The notes below the pieces were generated by a model. The model saw nothing but the letters and a program-made list of their open reading frames with translations. It was not told the DNA's origin and made no database searches. From Octopus sinensis (lineage: Eukaryota), in NCBI RefSeq assembly GCF_006345805.1, contig NW_021835968.1, positions 1-64,000 of the forward strand: DNA of 64,000 bases, in the 5' to 3' direction. Both the position numbers and the translations under genes were made by a program. Numbering within the stretch: position 1 is the stretch's first letter; each line of letters starts with the position of its first letter. Below, in pieces: positions 25,034 through 38,472 of the stretch.

Positions 25034-25352
25034 GTGAAGGCACATGACTCAGTGGTTAGAGTGTCGGGCACACGGATTCCTGGGCGAGGCTGTGTGTTGT
25101 GTTCTTGAGCAAGACACTTTATTTCACGTTGCTCCAGTTAACTCAGCTATAGAAATGAGTTGCGACATCACAGGTGCCAAGCTGTATTGGTCTTTGCTTT
25201 TCCCTTGGATAATATTGGTGGTGTGGAGAGGGGAGGCTGGTATGGAAGGGCGACTGCTGGTCTTCCATAAACAGCCTTGTCCAGACTTGTGCCTTGGAGG
25301 GGAACTTTCTAGATCAATCCCATGGTCATTCATGACCGAAGGGGGTCTTTTT
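25034..25352 (+). mobile_element. tRNA-derived SINE family D
   Basis: Head GTGAAGGCACATG(A/G)CTCAGTGGTTAGAG; related copies at 24150-24410, 56897-57135 and 60744-61070. Confidence 0.75.
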
Positions 25353-25389
25353 ATTGTTGTACAGAGCTAACAATAACAACACTAATAAT

Positions 25390-26270
25390 TCTTTCTATTA
25401 TAAGCAGGCCTGAAATTTTGGGGGAGGGGGCTAGTTGGTTACATCAACCCCAGTATTCAACTGGTACTTTTTTTTATTGACACCAAAAGGATTAAGACAA
25501 AGTTGACCTCAGCAGAATTTGAACTCACAATATAAAGAGCTGGAAGAAATGTCTTTATGCATTTTATCCAGTAAATGATTCTGCCAGATCACTCTTCTAA
25601 TAATAATAATAATAATAATCCTTTCTACTGGAAGCAAAAGCCTCAAATTTGGAGGAAGGGATTAAATTGATTACATCGATCACAGTATGTAACTGGTAGT
25701 TATTCAATCGATGCCGAAAGGATGAGAGGCAAAGTCAACCCTGGCAGAATTTGAACTCAGAACAAGACAGAACGGAATACTTCTAAACATTTCACCTGGT
25801 GCACTAACAATTCTGCCAGCTTGCGGAATAATAATAATAATAATAATAATAATCCTTTTTACTATAGGCACAAGGCTTGAAATTTGGCAGGTGGGGGTAG
25901 TCAATTGCATCAACTCCAGTGCTCAACTGGTACTTATTTTATCAACGCCAAAAGGATGAAAAGTAAATTCAAACCTGGCAGAATTTGAACTCAGGATGTT
26001 AAAGATGGATGAAATGCTGCTAACCATAAATAATAATAATAATAATAATAATAATCCTTTCTTCTGGAGGCACAAGACCTCAGATTTGTGGGGAGGGGAA
26101 TAGTCGATTACATCGACCCCAGTTTTTCACTGACACTTAATTTATTGACCCTGAAAGGATGAAAGCCAAAGTTAACCTTGGTAGAATTTGAACTCAGAAT
26201 GTAAAGACAGATGAAATACTGCTAAGCATTTTGCCCGGTGTGCTAACGATTCTGCCAGCTTATCACCTTA
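25390..26270 (-). mobile_element. Four head-to-tail SINE family B copies separated by (AAT)n
   Basis: Repeated family B core at ~220-bp spacing. Confidence 0.85.
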
Positions 26271-26288
26271 ATGATAATAATAATAATA

Positions 26289-26623
26289 ACAAAGCAACAC
26301 CAGCGTCCTCTCAATGATTAGCCAGAGATGTTTTTTTAAAATCAGAATATCTAAAATGAACTCGACTGCTCTCACAAATGAGAATACTAAAAATGAACCT
26401 GACTGCTCTCAAAAATTTAGTTTAAAAAAACAGAGAAATAATCCGTGTCCGGTACCAGATCAATCCCAAAATCTAATCAGTTCCTCTCAGTCACGAGGCC
26501 AAACATCCTTGAAGCTTTCATTGGAATCCATCCAGTGGTTCTTGAGATATCTTGTCCATAAATTAACAAACAAGCAAACAAGACTGAAAACAATACCTCC
26601 AGCTTTGCTAAGGTGGCGGTAAT
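26289..26623 (+). mobile_element. Helentron/HINE-like non-autonomous element in (AAT)n
   Basis: CAAAATCTAATCAGTTC..TTCTTGAGATATC..(ACAA)n..AAAACAATACCTCC-loop-GGCGGTAA terminal hairpin architecture. Confidence 0.5.
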
Positions 26624-27174
26624 AATAATAATAATAATAATAACCAATGTGGTACTACTGATATGTCTAATCTGTTGTTTTCATCTTTTAAAATCAATGT
26701 GTTAACAGAGCAATGATAATGGATGCTTCAGTGTGCATATGTGTGTTGTGTTGTGTACGTATGTATGCATATATATATGAGTTGTATGGATATGTTTAGA
26801 GGTATATATACATGTGCATATGATCAAACGTTTGCATGCATATATAGATTCATGCAATATTTTCTCTTCAAGCTATTGTTTTCACCTTTTAAAATCCAGG
26901 TGTTAATGAAGCAGCAACATTGCATGGATACATGTCTGTATATTTTGTGTATATATGTATATATATTGTATACATGTATATATGTATATATTTTGTGTGT
27001 GCTTGTAAACAAACATACAGTTACAAACATATGCATGTAATCATACACTTGTGTTCACACACACACACACACACAAATTCATGCAATTTTTCTTTCATTA
27101 TGACCTATCTATTAAATGCTGAATGCAGCAGGTTTGACTTTGTACAGAACTCCATTGGTTACATACACATTATA

Positions 27175-27225
<51 letters not shown>

Positions 27226-27948
27226 TCATCATCATTATCATCGTTTAGCGTCCGCTTTCCATGCTGGCATGGGTTGGACAGTTTGACTGGGGACTGGCGA
27301 GCCAGATGGCTGCACCTGGCTCCAATCTGATCTGGCAAAGTTTCTACAGCTGGATGCCCTTCCTAACGCCAACCACTCTGCTGGTAACGATCATGCTCAA
27401 ATGGTGCTTTTTATGTGCCACCGACACGAGGGCCAGTCAGTGGCTCTGGCAACAATCATGCTCAGATGGTGCTCTTAGTGTTCCAACAGGAGATTTGAAA
27501 ATTTTTTTGATATTTTTTATTCACCATTACACATGTTCCATTTGCTAGTAGGAGTTACAAAATTACGCATGTTGTAGATGTAGTAGAAAACATGTAACAT
27601 ATCTCCTATTAGAAACAGAGATTCAAACAACACAGCTTGAATTTTAACCCTATCTACAAAATACACACATGCACATACACACACACAGAATGGGGAGAGA
27701 GAGAGACAGACGTATGGAACAGGTGTTGTATGCAAATGTGCACAAATGTTTATTTCCATGTTTGTCCCTTATGTATGCGGTAGTACTGATGCTAACCTCA
27801 CTTGTTGATGATGTGACTGTTGTTCTGCACTTTTGGAAACCTGTTGGGTACAGAAATCTCTTACTTGAAAAACAAGCAAAGGTTAGTGACTGGAAGAGCA
27901 TTCACCCACATATGGCAAGCCTTTGCTCACAAGAATGCAGACATTCAC

Positions 27949-27979
<31 letters not shown>

Positions 27980-28398
27980 TATTTATTATATATGTTTATA
28001 TATATATATATACACTTATATGTGTATATATATATAATTATATGTGTATATATATATGTATATATATATATATATGTATGTATCTTTTCTATTTCTATTC
28101 CTGAGCGCTATACTAATACATTTGTTTGTTTGTACTCCACCTGCCTTCGTCTTTTGTTTATTTTCGTAAACTTTCCCGTTATATATGTATATATATATAT
28201 ATATATATGTGTGTGTATGTATATATATATGTATGTGTGTGTATATATATATATATGCAAGCACATACACATGCACGTAAACGTCATTCCTACACACATG
28301 CTCATGTACACAAACACACACATGTGCATGTACACATGCTTTACACACTTATATGCAGATTTATGCATGTGCACATGAATATGCGCCCCCCCCCCCCC

Positions 28399-30950
28399 CA
28401 CACACACACACTCTCTCTCTCTCTCTCAGACACATACATGCATGTATACAAGTAATACATTAATGTATTTATAAAATTCGGGATATTTTCATTTTTTGAA
28501 GATCCTTACCCACGATAACCCACTTCATAAGCTCGACTTCGCCAAATCTGATAAATAAACCCCTAATATTTACCATTCCGTTTCTTCTATCCCTTCAGCA
28601 CCAAAACATAGGAAAAACAAATATATGGTTCTTGTAGAATGTGAGACATCATGCTGTTTCTATGAAGAATTCTTTAAAGATTTTGACCCCAGATTTTCTC
28701 TCCATAGTTTCTGGTTGCCATTTCTGTGTGTGTGTGTCTTCTGAATTTCTACTCCCATGGATGTCTGTGTAATGTGGGGATGATGGTGGGGATGGGGCAT
28801 ATTGCTTAGCTATGTGGTGAAGAAGTTTGTTTCTGAACCACTTGACTTCAGTCTCAGTTCCACTGTATGGCACCTCGGGTGGTGGTGACAGGAGCAATGC
28901 TGGTGGCGGCGGTAGTGGTGGCGACAGTGGCAGTGGTGGTGGAGGCGGAGGTGAGAGCAGATGGAATTGCACCTCCACTCAAGGGGTCGCTATAATAAGG
29001 AACAAAACTTCTGACATATCATGTCATTTGTCTTCAGACCAGACACCCAGTCTACCCGCTTGCTCAGAGTGAACTTGGCAAGAGAAAAGCAATGGATGAA
29101 GTCTACAACACATATTGATTACTTCATGTTCTACTCTCTCAGTTTAGACTACATTTGAAAGAGTGCATCTGGTCTAGTTGAATTTGCCACCCCGGTTACT
29201 AATGTATTCTGTGTGAGTTGAGACAGAAACATGTTGGGAAAGCTTCCCAGGTTTGTTTCAATAAACAATAAGAAAAAAAGTAAACAAAATGTACCAAAAA
29301 TAGAAAACTCGTTGGAAGTCTGCAAGTCTGTAAATCTGTAAGTGGTTGTGTTAAGATGATGTAGACTTTAGAAATGGTAAAGTATATATTCTTGGTAATT
29401 CCTGCTTCTGTAGACAGATGTACATGTTTATATATGTATGTGTGTGTGTTTGTATGAGTATAATGTGGATAAATATATTTTTGTTATGAGCATATGTTAG
29501 ATTTTATATAATGTTGCAGGCATGGCTGTGTGGTTAAAAATGTTATTTCCTAACTTTATTGTATTAAGTTCAGTCCCACCGCACAGCCTCTGGTTGACCA
29601 AAACTTTATGAGCGGATTTGATAGGGAGAAACTGTAAAGGAAGCCCATCTCACACGAGCACATGCACACACCACACACACACACACTCTCTCTCTCTCTC
29701 TCAGACACATACATGCATGTATACAAGTAATACATTAATGTATTTATAAAATTCGGGATATTTTCATTTTTTGAAGATCCTTACCCACGATAACCCACTT
29801 CATAAGCTCGACTTCGCCAAATCTGATAAATAAACCCCTAATATTTACCATTCCGTTTCTTCTATCCCTTCAGCACCAAAACATAGGAAAAACAAATATA
29901 TGGTTCTTGTAGAATGTGAGACATCATGCTGTTTCTATGAAGAATTCTTTAAAGATTTTGACCCCAGATTTTCTCTCCATAGTTTCTGGTTGCCATTTCT
30001 GTGTGTGTGTGTCTTCTGAATTTCTACTCCCATGGATGTCTGTGTAATGTGGGGATGATGGTGGGGATGGGGCATATTGCTTAGCTATGTGGTGAAGAAG
30101 TTTGTTTCTGAACCACTTGACTTCAGTCTCAGTTCCACTGTATGGCACCTCGGGTGGTGGTGACAGGAGCAATGCTGGTGGCGGCGGTAGTGGTGGCGAC
30201 AGTGGCAGTGGTGGTGGAGGCGGAGGTGAGAGCAGATGGAATTGCACCTCCACTCAAGGGGTCGCTATAATAAGGAACAAAACTTCTGACATATCATGTC
30301 ATTTGTCTTCAGACCAGACACCCAGTCTACCCGCTTGCTCAGAGTGAACTTGGCAAGAGAAAAGCAATGGATGAAGTCTACAACACATATTGATTACTTC
30401 ATGTTCTACTCTCTCAGTTTAGACTACATTTGAAAGAGTGCATCTGGTCTAGTTGAATTTGCCACCCCGGTTACTAATGTATTCTGTGTGAGTTGAGACA
30501 GAAACATGTTTGGGAAAGCTTCCCAGGTTTGTTTCAATAAACAATAAGAAAAAAAGTAAACAAAATGTACCAAAAATAGAAAACTCGTTGGAAGTCTGCA
30601 AGTCTGTAAATCTGTAAGTGGTTGTGTTAAGATGATGTAGACTTTAGAAATGGTAAAGTATATATTCTTGGTAATTCCTTGCTTCTGTAGACAGATGTAC
30701 ATGTTTATATATGTATGTGTGTGTGTTTGTATGAGTATAATGTGGATAAATATATTTTTGTTATGAGCATATGTTAGATTTTATATAATGTTGCAGGCAT
30801 GGCTGTGTGGTTAAAATGTTTATTTCCTAACTTTATTGTATTAAGTTCAGTCCCACCGCACAGCCTCTGGTTGACCAAAACTTTATGAGCGGATTTGATA
30901 GGGAGAAACTGTAAAGGAAGCCCATCTCACACGAGCACATGCACACACAC
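28399..30950. repeat. Near-identical tandem duplication, unit ~1275 bp, junctions in (CA)n
   Basis: Identical ORFs at 28649/29924 and 28827/30102 (offset 1275); the only differences I found are single-base homopolymer indels. Confidence 0.95.
28510..28547 (-). CDS. Candidate 38-nt exon (duplicate at 29785-29822)
   Basis: Acceptor TTTATTTATCAG, donor GG|GTAAGG, three CpGs in CpG-poor DNA; two open frames, IWRSRAYEVGYRG or FGEVELMKWVIV. Confidence 0.45.
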
Positions 30951-31315
30951 ACACACACACACACACAGGCACAGGCATGGCTGTGTGGTAAGAAGTTTGT
31001 TTTCCAGTCACATGGTTCTCGGTTCAGTCTCAATGTATGGCACCTTGGGCAAGTGTCTTCTATAGCCTCAGGCCAACCAAAATCTTGTGGGTGGATTTCA
31101 TAGATGGAAACTGAAAGAAGCCCATTGTGTGTGTATGTCTTTCTGTCTATGTTTGTCCTCCGCTTGGCAACTGGTGCTGGTTACATCCTCGTAACCTAGC
31201 AGTTTAGCAAAAGAGAATGACAGAATAAGTGTCAGGCTGAAAAAGAAAATGGAATTAAGTTCGACAAAAATTGCTTTAGTCATTGGTTGGTAGCTGTGCT
31301 CGGACACTACCTTAA

Positions 31316-31535
31316 CCCTTTTGTTACCATATTTATTTTGAGATGCTCTGTGTTTCTTTAAATTACTTTAAATATAACAAAGAATTTAGTAAAATAACTT
31401 AGTTATCATTTAGCTAGTGTTAGGAACATAAATTCTGACTAAGGTTTGGCGGAAGATTTTAATTCAAAACTTATGAAAACAAGACATTTGTACTCAGAGC
31501 CAGAGGCAGTTTCAGCCAGGTTGGAAATGAAAGGG
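31316..31535 (+). mobile_element. piggyBac-like MITE (220 bp)
   Basis: TTAA-CCCTTTTGTTACC ... GGAAATGAAAGGG-TTAA. Confidence 0.8.
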
Positions 31536-32687
31536 TTAAAGGACTTCGCCAAACAAATTGCTCCCAATACTTAAGGATTTCCAAACTGCTAACTTATTAA
31601 GACATAAACAAACTAACATCTATTATCAAGCACAGGCACAAAAACACACATTGCGTACATCATCATATTCATCATTGTTATAACATCTACCTTTCTATCT
31701 ACAATTTTGTCTCTCAAGATCACTCACAAGGCATTGGTTGACCCAGGGCTAAAGTAAGAGAAACTTCAACCCCATCCCAAGGTAGTGTTGTGCAGTGGGA
31801 CTAAATCCCAAAACACATGATTGCAAAATGAGCTTCTGAATCACTCTACTAAGAGCTGGAAAAAAACATAGTTTTTACCATTCCATTTATAGATTGTATT
31901 TGCAAAGTGTGTCTGCTAATCACATTCCTCATCTGAAACCTCAGATTAAAAAAGAATTATCTTTATTTTTTTTATTCTTTTACTTGTTTCAGTCATTTGA
32001 CTGTGACCATACTAGTGCACCACTTTGAAGGTTTTTTTTTAGTCGAACAAATTGACCCCAGGACTTATTTCTTAAGCCATGTACTTATTCTGTTGGTCTC
32101 TTTTGCTGAACTGCTAAGTTATGGGGATGTAAACTGACCAACACCGTTGTCAAGCGGTGATGGGGGGGACAATCACAGACACAAAGACACACACACACAT
32201 ACACACACATATATATAGATATAGGTATAGATATATATGACAGTCTTCTTTCAGTTTCCATTTACCAAATCCACTCACAAGGCTTAGGTCGGCCTAAGGC
32301 TATAGTAGAGGACATTTGCCCAAGGTGCCTTGCAGTGTGGCTGAACCCAGAACCATGTGGTGGGAAGCAAGCTTCTTACCACACTGCCACACCTATATCT
32401 TAGGTATTTACTAACAAAGCCAAATGCACCAATTATTATCATAGCCATAAACATGAACTTATTAACTGTGTAGAGAAAGAAGCTGATGGTTTCAATGCAG
32501 CTGTCCACGAATATTCTCTTTCTTACTGGTTTTTGAAGGAAATATTTACAGCTGACCTCTAGAACTGTTCCATAGTTTTCTATGTATCTATATATATATA
32601 TCAATATTTTTATTAGTCATAGCGAGACTAATAACCTGGTGTAGAACAATGTTAAATGAGTATTAGAGTGGTAATAGAAACAAAAGG

Positions 32688-32886
32688 ATGACACTGGAAA
32701 AAAACAAATGTTATGCAATGAACTGCATTAGCGTACAGCTGTTTCCGCCATAAGATGTGGTGGACTCTTAGTTGAGTACCAGGATAACATCTTATAGCTT
32801 CATCAGAGCTTTGAATATGAAGTGGACTTTATAGCAGAAACAGCCAATGAAGTTAATTACATAACAATTGTTTTTTCCAGTGTCAT
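32688..32886. mobile_element. Decayed fold-back element with a minus-strand hammerhead
   Basis: Imperfect inverted repeats ATGACACTGGAAAAAAACAAATGTTATGCAATGAACTGCATT / rc ATGACACTGGAAAAAACAATTGTTATGTAATTAACTTCATT. Confidence 0.7.
32730..32810 (-). ncRNA. Type I hammerhead ribozyme, partly decayed
   Basis: CUGAUGA, 11-bp stem II GCUAUAAGAUG/CAUCUUAUGGC, GAAA, palindromic stem III ACAGCUGU, GUA site; first pair of stem I mismatched. Confidence 0.65.
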
Positions 32887-33313
32887 ACATATATGGCCTG
32901 AAAGTTGCAAAGGGGTCTGAAATTTTAATAAATTTGCTTTAATTGCATTTTTGTTAATTGTAGTTTATAAGATGTACATGCATTTCCTATATGTATGTAT
33001 ATATATACATCATCATCATCATCATCATCGTTTAACGTCCGTTCTCCATGCTAGCATGGGTTGGACGGTTCGACCGGGGATCTGGGAAGCCAGAACGCTG
33101 CACCAGGCTCCAGTCTTATCTGGCAGTGTTTCTACAGCTGGATGCCCTTCCTAACGCCAACCACTCCGTGAGTGTAGTGGGTGCTTTTTACGTGCCACCT
33201 GCAATATATATATATATGTGTGTGTATATATATATATATAGGGAGAGTTTACGAAAAAAACAAAAGACGAAGACAGGTGGTGTACAAAACAAACGCTCAG
33301 GAATAGAAAAAGT

Positions 33314-33349
33314 CTTTTACGTTTCGAGCCTACGCTCTTCTACAGAAAG
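33314..33349 (-). ncRNA. Hammerhead-like motif with variant core (CUGUAGA) in an HH-v element
   Basis: CUUU-CUGUAGA-A-GAGC(GUAG)GCUC-GAA-ACGU-A-AAAG: stems I, II and palindromic III all present; core A6 replaced by U. Confidence 0.5.
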
Positions 33350-33410
33350 GGACACAGAAAAAACAAGGAGAGAAAAAAATGTGTGTAGTGGCTAACGATC
33401 TATCATGGCG

Positions 33411-33445
<35 letters not shown>

Positions 33446-33790
33446 ATATATATAATATATATATATATATGTATATGCTGCTAAGGTATTGTAAATTTAA
33501 AATAGAACATAAATTATTAACACCTTTGAATTTCAGGCCACCCTCTGTATGTGTGTGTGTGTGATTTCTCTTTAAGTATATGTTTGTGTGTATGCTATAA
33601 GCACTCACATGCTTGTGTGTATGAATGTATGTACATATGATCATTCCAGGAAAGTTAAATGAAGAATTTTTGGAATGTTTTACAAATCATTACTATACCA
33701 CCAGCTGCATAACCTTGTGGTTCCATGATAAGAGGTACAAATGAAAATCTATAGCCTATATGTATGTATGTATGTGTTTGGTTATATATG

Positions 33791-33875
<85 letters not shown>

Positions 33876-33922
33876 ATATAAATGCACACATACATAGCTT
33901 ACATGCATGATTACATACATAC

Positions 33923-33960
33923 TTTCTGTGAACTCTTAGTTATATTGGTTTGGTTATCTC
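33923..33960 (-). CDS. Candidate 38-nt exon (G)DNQTNITKSSQK
   Basis: Acceptor TTTTGTTATTGTTGTGTAAATACAG, donor GTATGT, TGCATG just downstream; one open frame. Confidence 0.2.
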
Positions 33961-34156
33961 CTGTATTTACACAACAATAACAAAATACCAAAGAGCCCCT
34001 TTTTCCCCCCTACATTCTGGAAATAACAGAGTAGGGAGTGCCTTCCGTAAAGTATTAAGATAAAATGTAATCCAATTTCTAGGCTGTTAGACAAGGATCA
34101 GTATAACCATGTATTATATATAAATGAAAACAAAGGTAGAACGCTATGAATGAAAA

Positions 34157-34189
<33 letters not shown>

Positions 34190-34880
34190 AAATAGAAAGG
34201 TGTTTTGATCATGGTCTTGATATGTCTTTGATCGTAGATCTACTATACCAGGGTTGACCTGGGGTTAAATAATTACAACTTAACAAAAAATTGAACGTCA
34301 ACTGTACTGATCTTGCCAGTTTGGTATGGGGTCATGGATGAAATATAAACATTGTTTCAAACAGGTTTTTTTCAGACAAACTCTCTTTCAAACAAGTATT
34401 GTCTCAAACAGACAATGTCTTAAACAAAACGTATTAAACATTGCCTCTAACAAATATTGTATCAAACATTGACACAGACATTACCTCAAACAAGCCTTTT
34501 TTTTCTTTTCTAAATCTTATATAATTTTCTTCTGGTTCACCTTCTTCTCTCTTGCTCTCTCTCTCTCTTTTCTCTCACACATACACACACCCACACACAC
34601 ATGTATATAAGTACACAGTGCTAACCAAATATGCTACATGTATGTGTGTATGTATATATATATATTATAGATATATTCTTTGACTACGGCCATGCTGAAG
34701 CACCACTTTAAAGGGTTGTAGTTGAAACTGACCCTAGGACTTATTCTCTGTTAGTCTAATATTTCTTTTATCGGTTTCTTTTGCCAAACCGCTAAGTTAT
34801 GGGGGACATAAACACACCGACATTCGTTGTCAAGTGATGGTGGGGGACAAACACAGACAAAGACACGCACACACTCGCAT

Positions 34881-34924
<44 letters not shown>

Positions 34925-35079
34925 TATATATACATACATACATATACATATACACAACAGGCTTCTTTTAGTTTCCCTCTATCAAGGCTTTGGTCATCTG
35001 TTGCTATAGTAAAAGACACTTGCCCAAGGTGTCATGCAGTGGAACTGAACCAGAACCATGTGGTTGGGAAGCAATGCTT

Positions 35080-35110
<31 letters not shown>

Positions 35111-35136
35111 ATCGCACGCATACCTTTCTAAGTAAG

Positions 35137-35180
<44 letters not shown>

Positions 35181-35186
<6 letters not shown>

Positions 35187-35775
35187 TAGAAAAAAACCCA
35201 CCTTTTATCAATTCAAAATGAATAATTAAATTACACCATCTAGAAACTTACATATAATAGAAAAGTTAAAATTAAAATAATTACTCTTTTACTTGTTTCA
35301 GTCATTTTGACTGCGGCCATGCTGGAGCACCGCCCTTATTCAAGCAAATCGACTCCGAGTTTTATCCTTTGTAAGCCCAGTACTTACTCTATCGGTCTCT
35401 TTTGCCGAACCACTAAGTGACGGGATGTAAACACACCAGCATCGGTTGTCAAGCAATGCTAGGGGGACAAACACACACATACATATATATATGTACATAT
35501 ATACGACAGGCTTCTTTCAGTTTCCGTCTACCAAATCCACTCACAAGGCATTGGTCGGCCCGGGGCTATAGCAGAAGACACTTGCCCAAGATGCCACGCA
35601 GTGGGACTGAACCCGGGACCATGTGGTTGGTTAGCAAGCTACTTACCACACAGCCACTCCTACACCTATGTATTATGTTATTTTAATTTTAACTTTTCTA
35701 TTATATGTAATTTTCTAGATGGTGTAATTTAATTATTCATTTTGAATTGATAAAAGGTGGTTTTTTCTAATATTT
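35181..35775. repeat. ~100-bp near-perfect inverted repeat (35181-35280 / 35678-35775) with a SINE A copy in the loop
   Basis: Arms differ by about one substitution and small homopolymer indels; SINE A at 35283-35667 (-). Confidence 0.85.
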
Positions 35776-35868
35776 AATATATATTATATTTTGTGGAATT
35801 TGATTTAGTATTTCTAATTTGAATTCTTTTTCCTTATAAGTTTGGATTTTATTCCCTCAAATAATAAT

Positions 35869-35909
<41 letters not shown>

Positions 35910-35979
35910 GTATATGTGTATATATGTATATATATATATATGTATATGTATAATATATGTATGTATGTATATATGTATG

Positions 35980-36021
<42 letters not shown>

Positions 36022-36202
36022 TAATGTATATATGCATATACATGTATATATGTATATATTTGTTTTTTTTTATGTTTTCGTTTCTTATTGTGTTCTAACG
36101 TTTTTTTCTGGGGCCCTGTACCCATATATAATGTATATATACATATAGATGTAGGTATGTACATATATGTTTGTACATGCATATGTTTTATTTATTATTT
36201 TG

Positions 36203-36265
<63 letters not shown>

Positions 36266-36579
36266 TGTATATACACATATTGTGCTTGTGTATGTGTGTG
36301 TGTGGTATATAATTTTCTATTAGTTAAGCCCATCTCTCTGAACATGAGATAAATGGAGATAACAACCTCATCTACCAGCTGAACAACTTCCCTGGTTACA
36401 ACAACAATAATTCTACTAATCTATCCTAGTCCCCCCCCCATCACCGCCTCCAAATCAACTTCTGTTCACTTTTAACTTCTCTCATCTCTCTCCTCCTCTT
36501 CCCTCACTCCTTGTTGTGATTGATGGTGGCAGCAGTGGTGGTGATGGTGGGAGGTTTGGAACTTTGTAATTTTTTTTTG

Positions 36580-38090
36580 CTATCACAACCACTACATACT
36601 TTTAACACCACCACCACTACAATTACTACTACTCTCACTACCACCACTACTACTACTAATACTACCCATCACTACCACTGTTACTACTACCACCACTACC
36701 ACAACGTACAACCACTATCTCTATCATCACTGCTGCCATTGCCATTACCCACCACCACTAGCTACATTCACCATGCCCACCACCTCTTAATTTAACCCTC
36801 ACCACAATACCACTTATCATTATGCCAGCACTATTAACAGCATCAGTGATTTGCTCCACCCCCATCAGCGTCCCCACCTTACACACTCTCAGCACTACAC
36901 CCCTCCCCATCATTCTTTCTTTTCCCCTCCCCTCCAAACACCACTACCACTTCCTTACCATCTCCCACTACTGCTACTACTACCTCCAGTTGAAATCCAC
37001 ACCTGGTACTAGTATAGGCTGCCACCACTACAGGGATGAGGTGCACTCTGACCCCCTCTCCCTCATCTCCATCGACACTCAATCCCAAATGTTTACTACC
37101 AAAACCACCACTACTACTACCACCACCAGTAGTACTATCATCATCATCACCACCACCACCACCACCACCACCACCACCACTACTACTACTTCTACTACAC
37201 CAGCCATCACCACTCTCTCACCTCCATCCATCACTGTTTTACCAACAGCATTTCTAACTGAGCAGTTATCTCAATCATGACCACCACCACTGACTACCAC
37301 CTCTTCATCTCCTACCCATTCTACAGCCATAATTTCCCATCTAACACCACCACCACTATCAATACCATAACTACCACCACAACTGCCACATTAATCACCA
37401 CCACCGCCTAATTATACCAGCATTTCTCCTCTCACCCCTACTACTTCCTCCCATCATCTCACCACTCCCCCCTCTATAACCCTAACGACCTCCCCTGCCA
37501 CGCGTGGCTTCTGATCTTGTTAGGAGCAACACTAAAACTCCCTTGAAAGAATTATATAGTGTGAGCCTAGGTGCACTAGGACACTGAAACATCTTTGATG
37601 GGATCTGCTCAGTCAGGGCTGAGCTGGCCTCAACAATGTTACCATTGCAACCACTACCAACACCACCACTATCACCAACACCAACACTGCCACTACTAGC
37701 AACCACTGCTATCCTCAAAACACCATAACCACGAGCACCACTTCAATCAATAATACTACATTCAATACTACTACTACCACCACTGCTACTACTATCACAC
37801 CTATCATCATCACCACTACCATTTTCACTATTGTTACCACCACCAATACCACTCCTAAAGCCTCTCCTACCTCTACTATTGTTTCTATCAACCTGGTTAA
37901 CACCTCCACTACCACTACCTATACCACTGTTATCCCTATCACCCTCTTCATTCCCATCTCCAACAGCCCCAACACATCACCATCATCATCAACATCACTA
38001 CTACCACTCCTATAACCTCAGCACTATCACCACTGTTTTCCTCACCACCACCTTCACCATTCTTTCAACCACCAACAACAACAACAACAA
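36580..38090. repeat. Low-complexity (ACC/ACT/ATC)n region
   Basis: Direct inspection; yields poly-T/P/H ORF artefacts. Confidence 0.9.
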
Positions 38091-38472
38091 AATTATGATT
38101 AATCTGTCAGAAATATTCTGTGGTTTTTGAGGTCTGGATAAAGCTAGAGGTTGGTTAGAAACTTGATCTTAATTCTGGTGATTTTTATGATTATTTTTGG
38201 TCATACAATTATTATTTTGTTTTCAGCAGTGTGAGTGCAGGGATGGCGCAGGAATGGTATATGGTTGGTTTAAGAATATTAAATATACTTTAGGAATATA
38301 AAGTGTTCTTTACAACAGAGAATATACTTAAGAATAAAGATTGTTTTTTGGAATATAGACTGTTCTTTACTATATGGAATATACTTCAGAATATGTTGTT
38401 TTTTTTTATGTAGAATATATGTTTGAATATTGAATATATTTTAGGAAAAAGCATATATTTTGGGAAATAGAA

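Noticed and set aside
28649-29072. Pro-rich / Gly-rich ORFs (and duplicates at 29924-30347)
   Set aside because: Made of a (GGT/GGC)n tract plus a SINE A head fragment
29038-29118. Plus-strand terminal-exon candidate TRHPVYPLAQSELGKRKAMDEVYNTY* with downstream AATAAA
   Set aside because: No convincing upstream plus-strand exons or recognisable homology; left unresolved
31879-31932. 54-nt minus-strand exon candidate MRNVISRHTLQIQSINGM
   Set aside because: Weak donor (GTAAAA); fits only the alternative reading path
36822-37280. Thr-rich mucin-like ORF
   Set aside because: Low-complexity trinucleotide region with similar ORFs in several frames and no splice support
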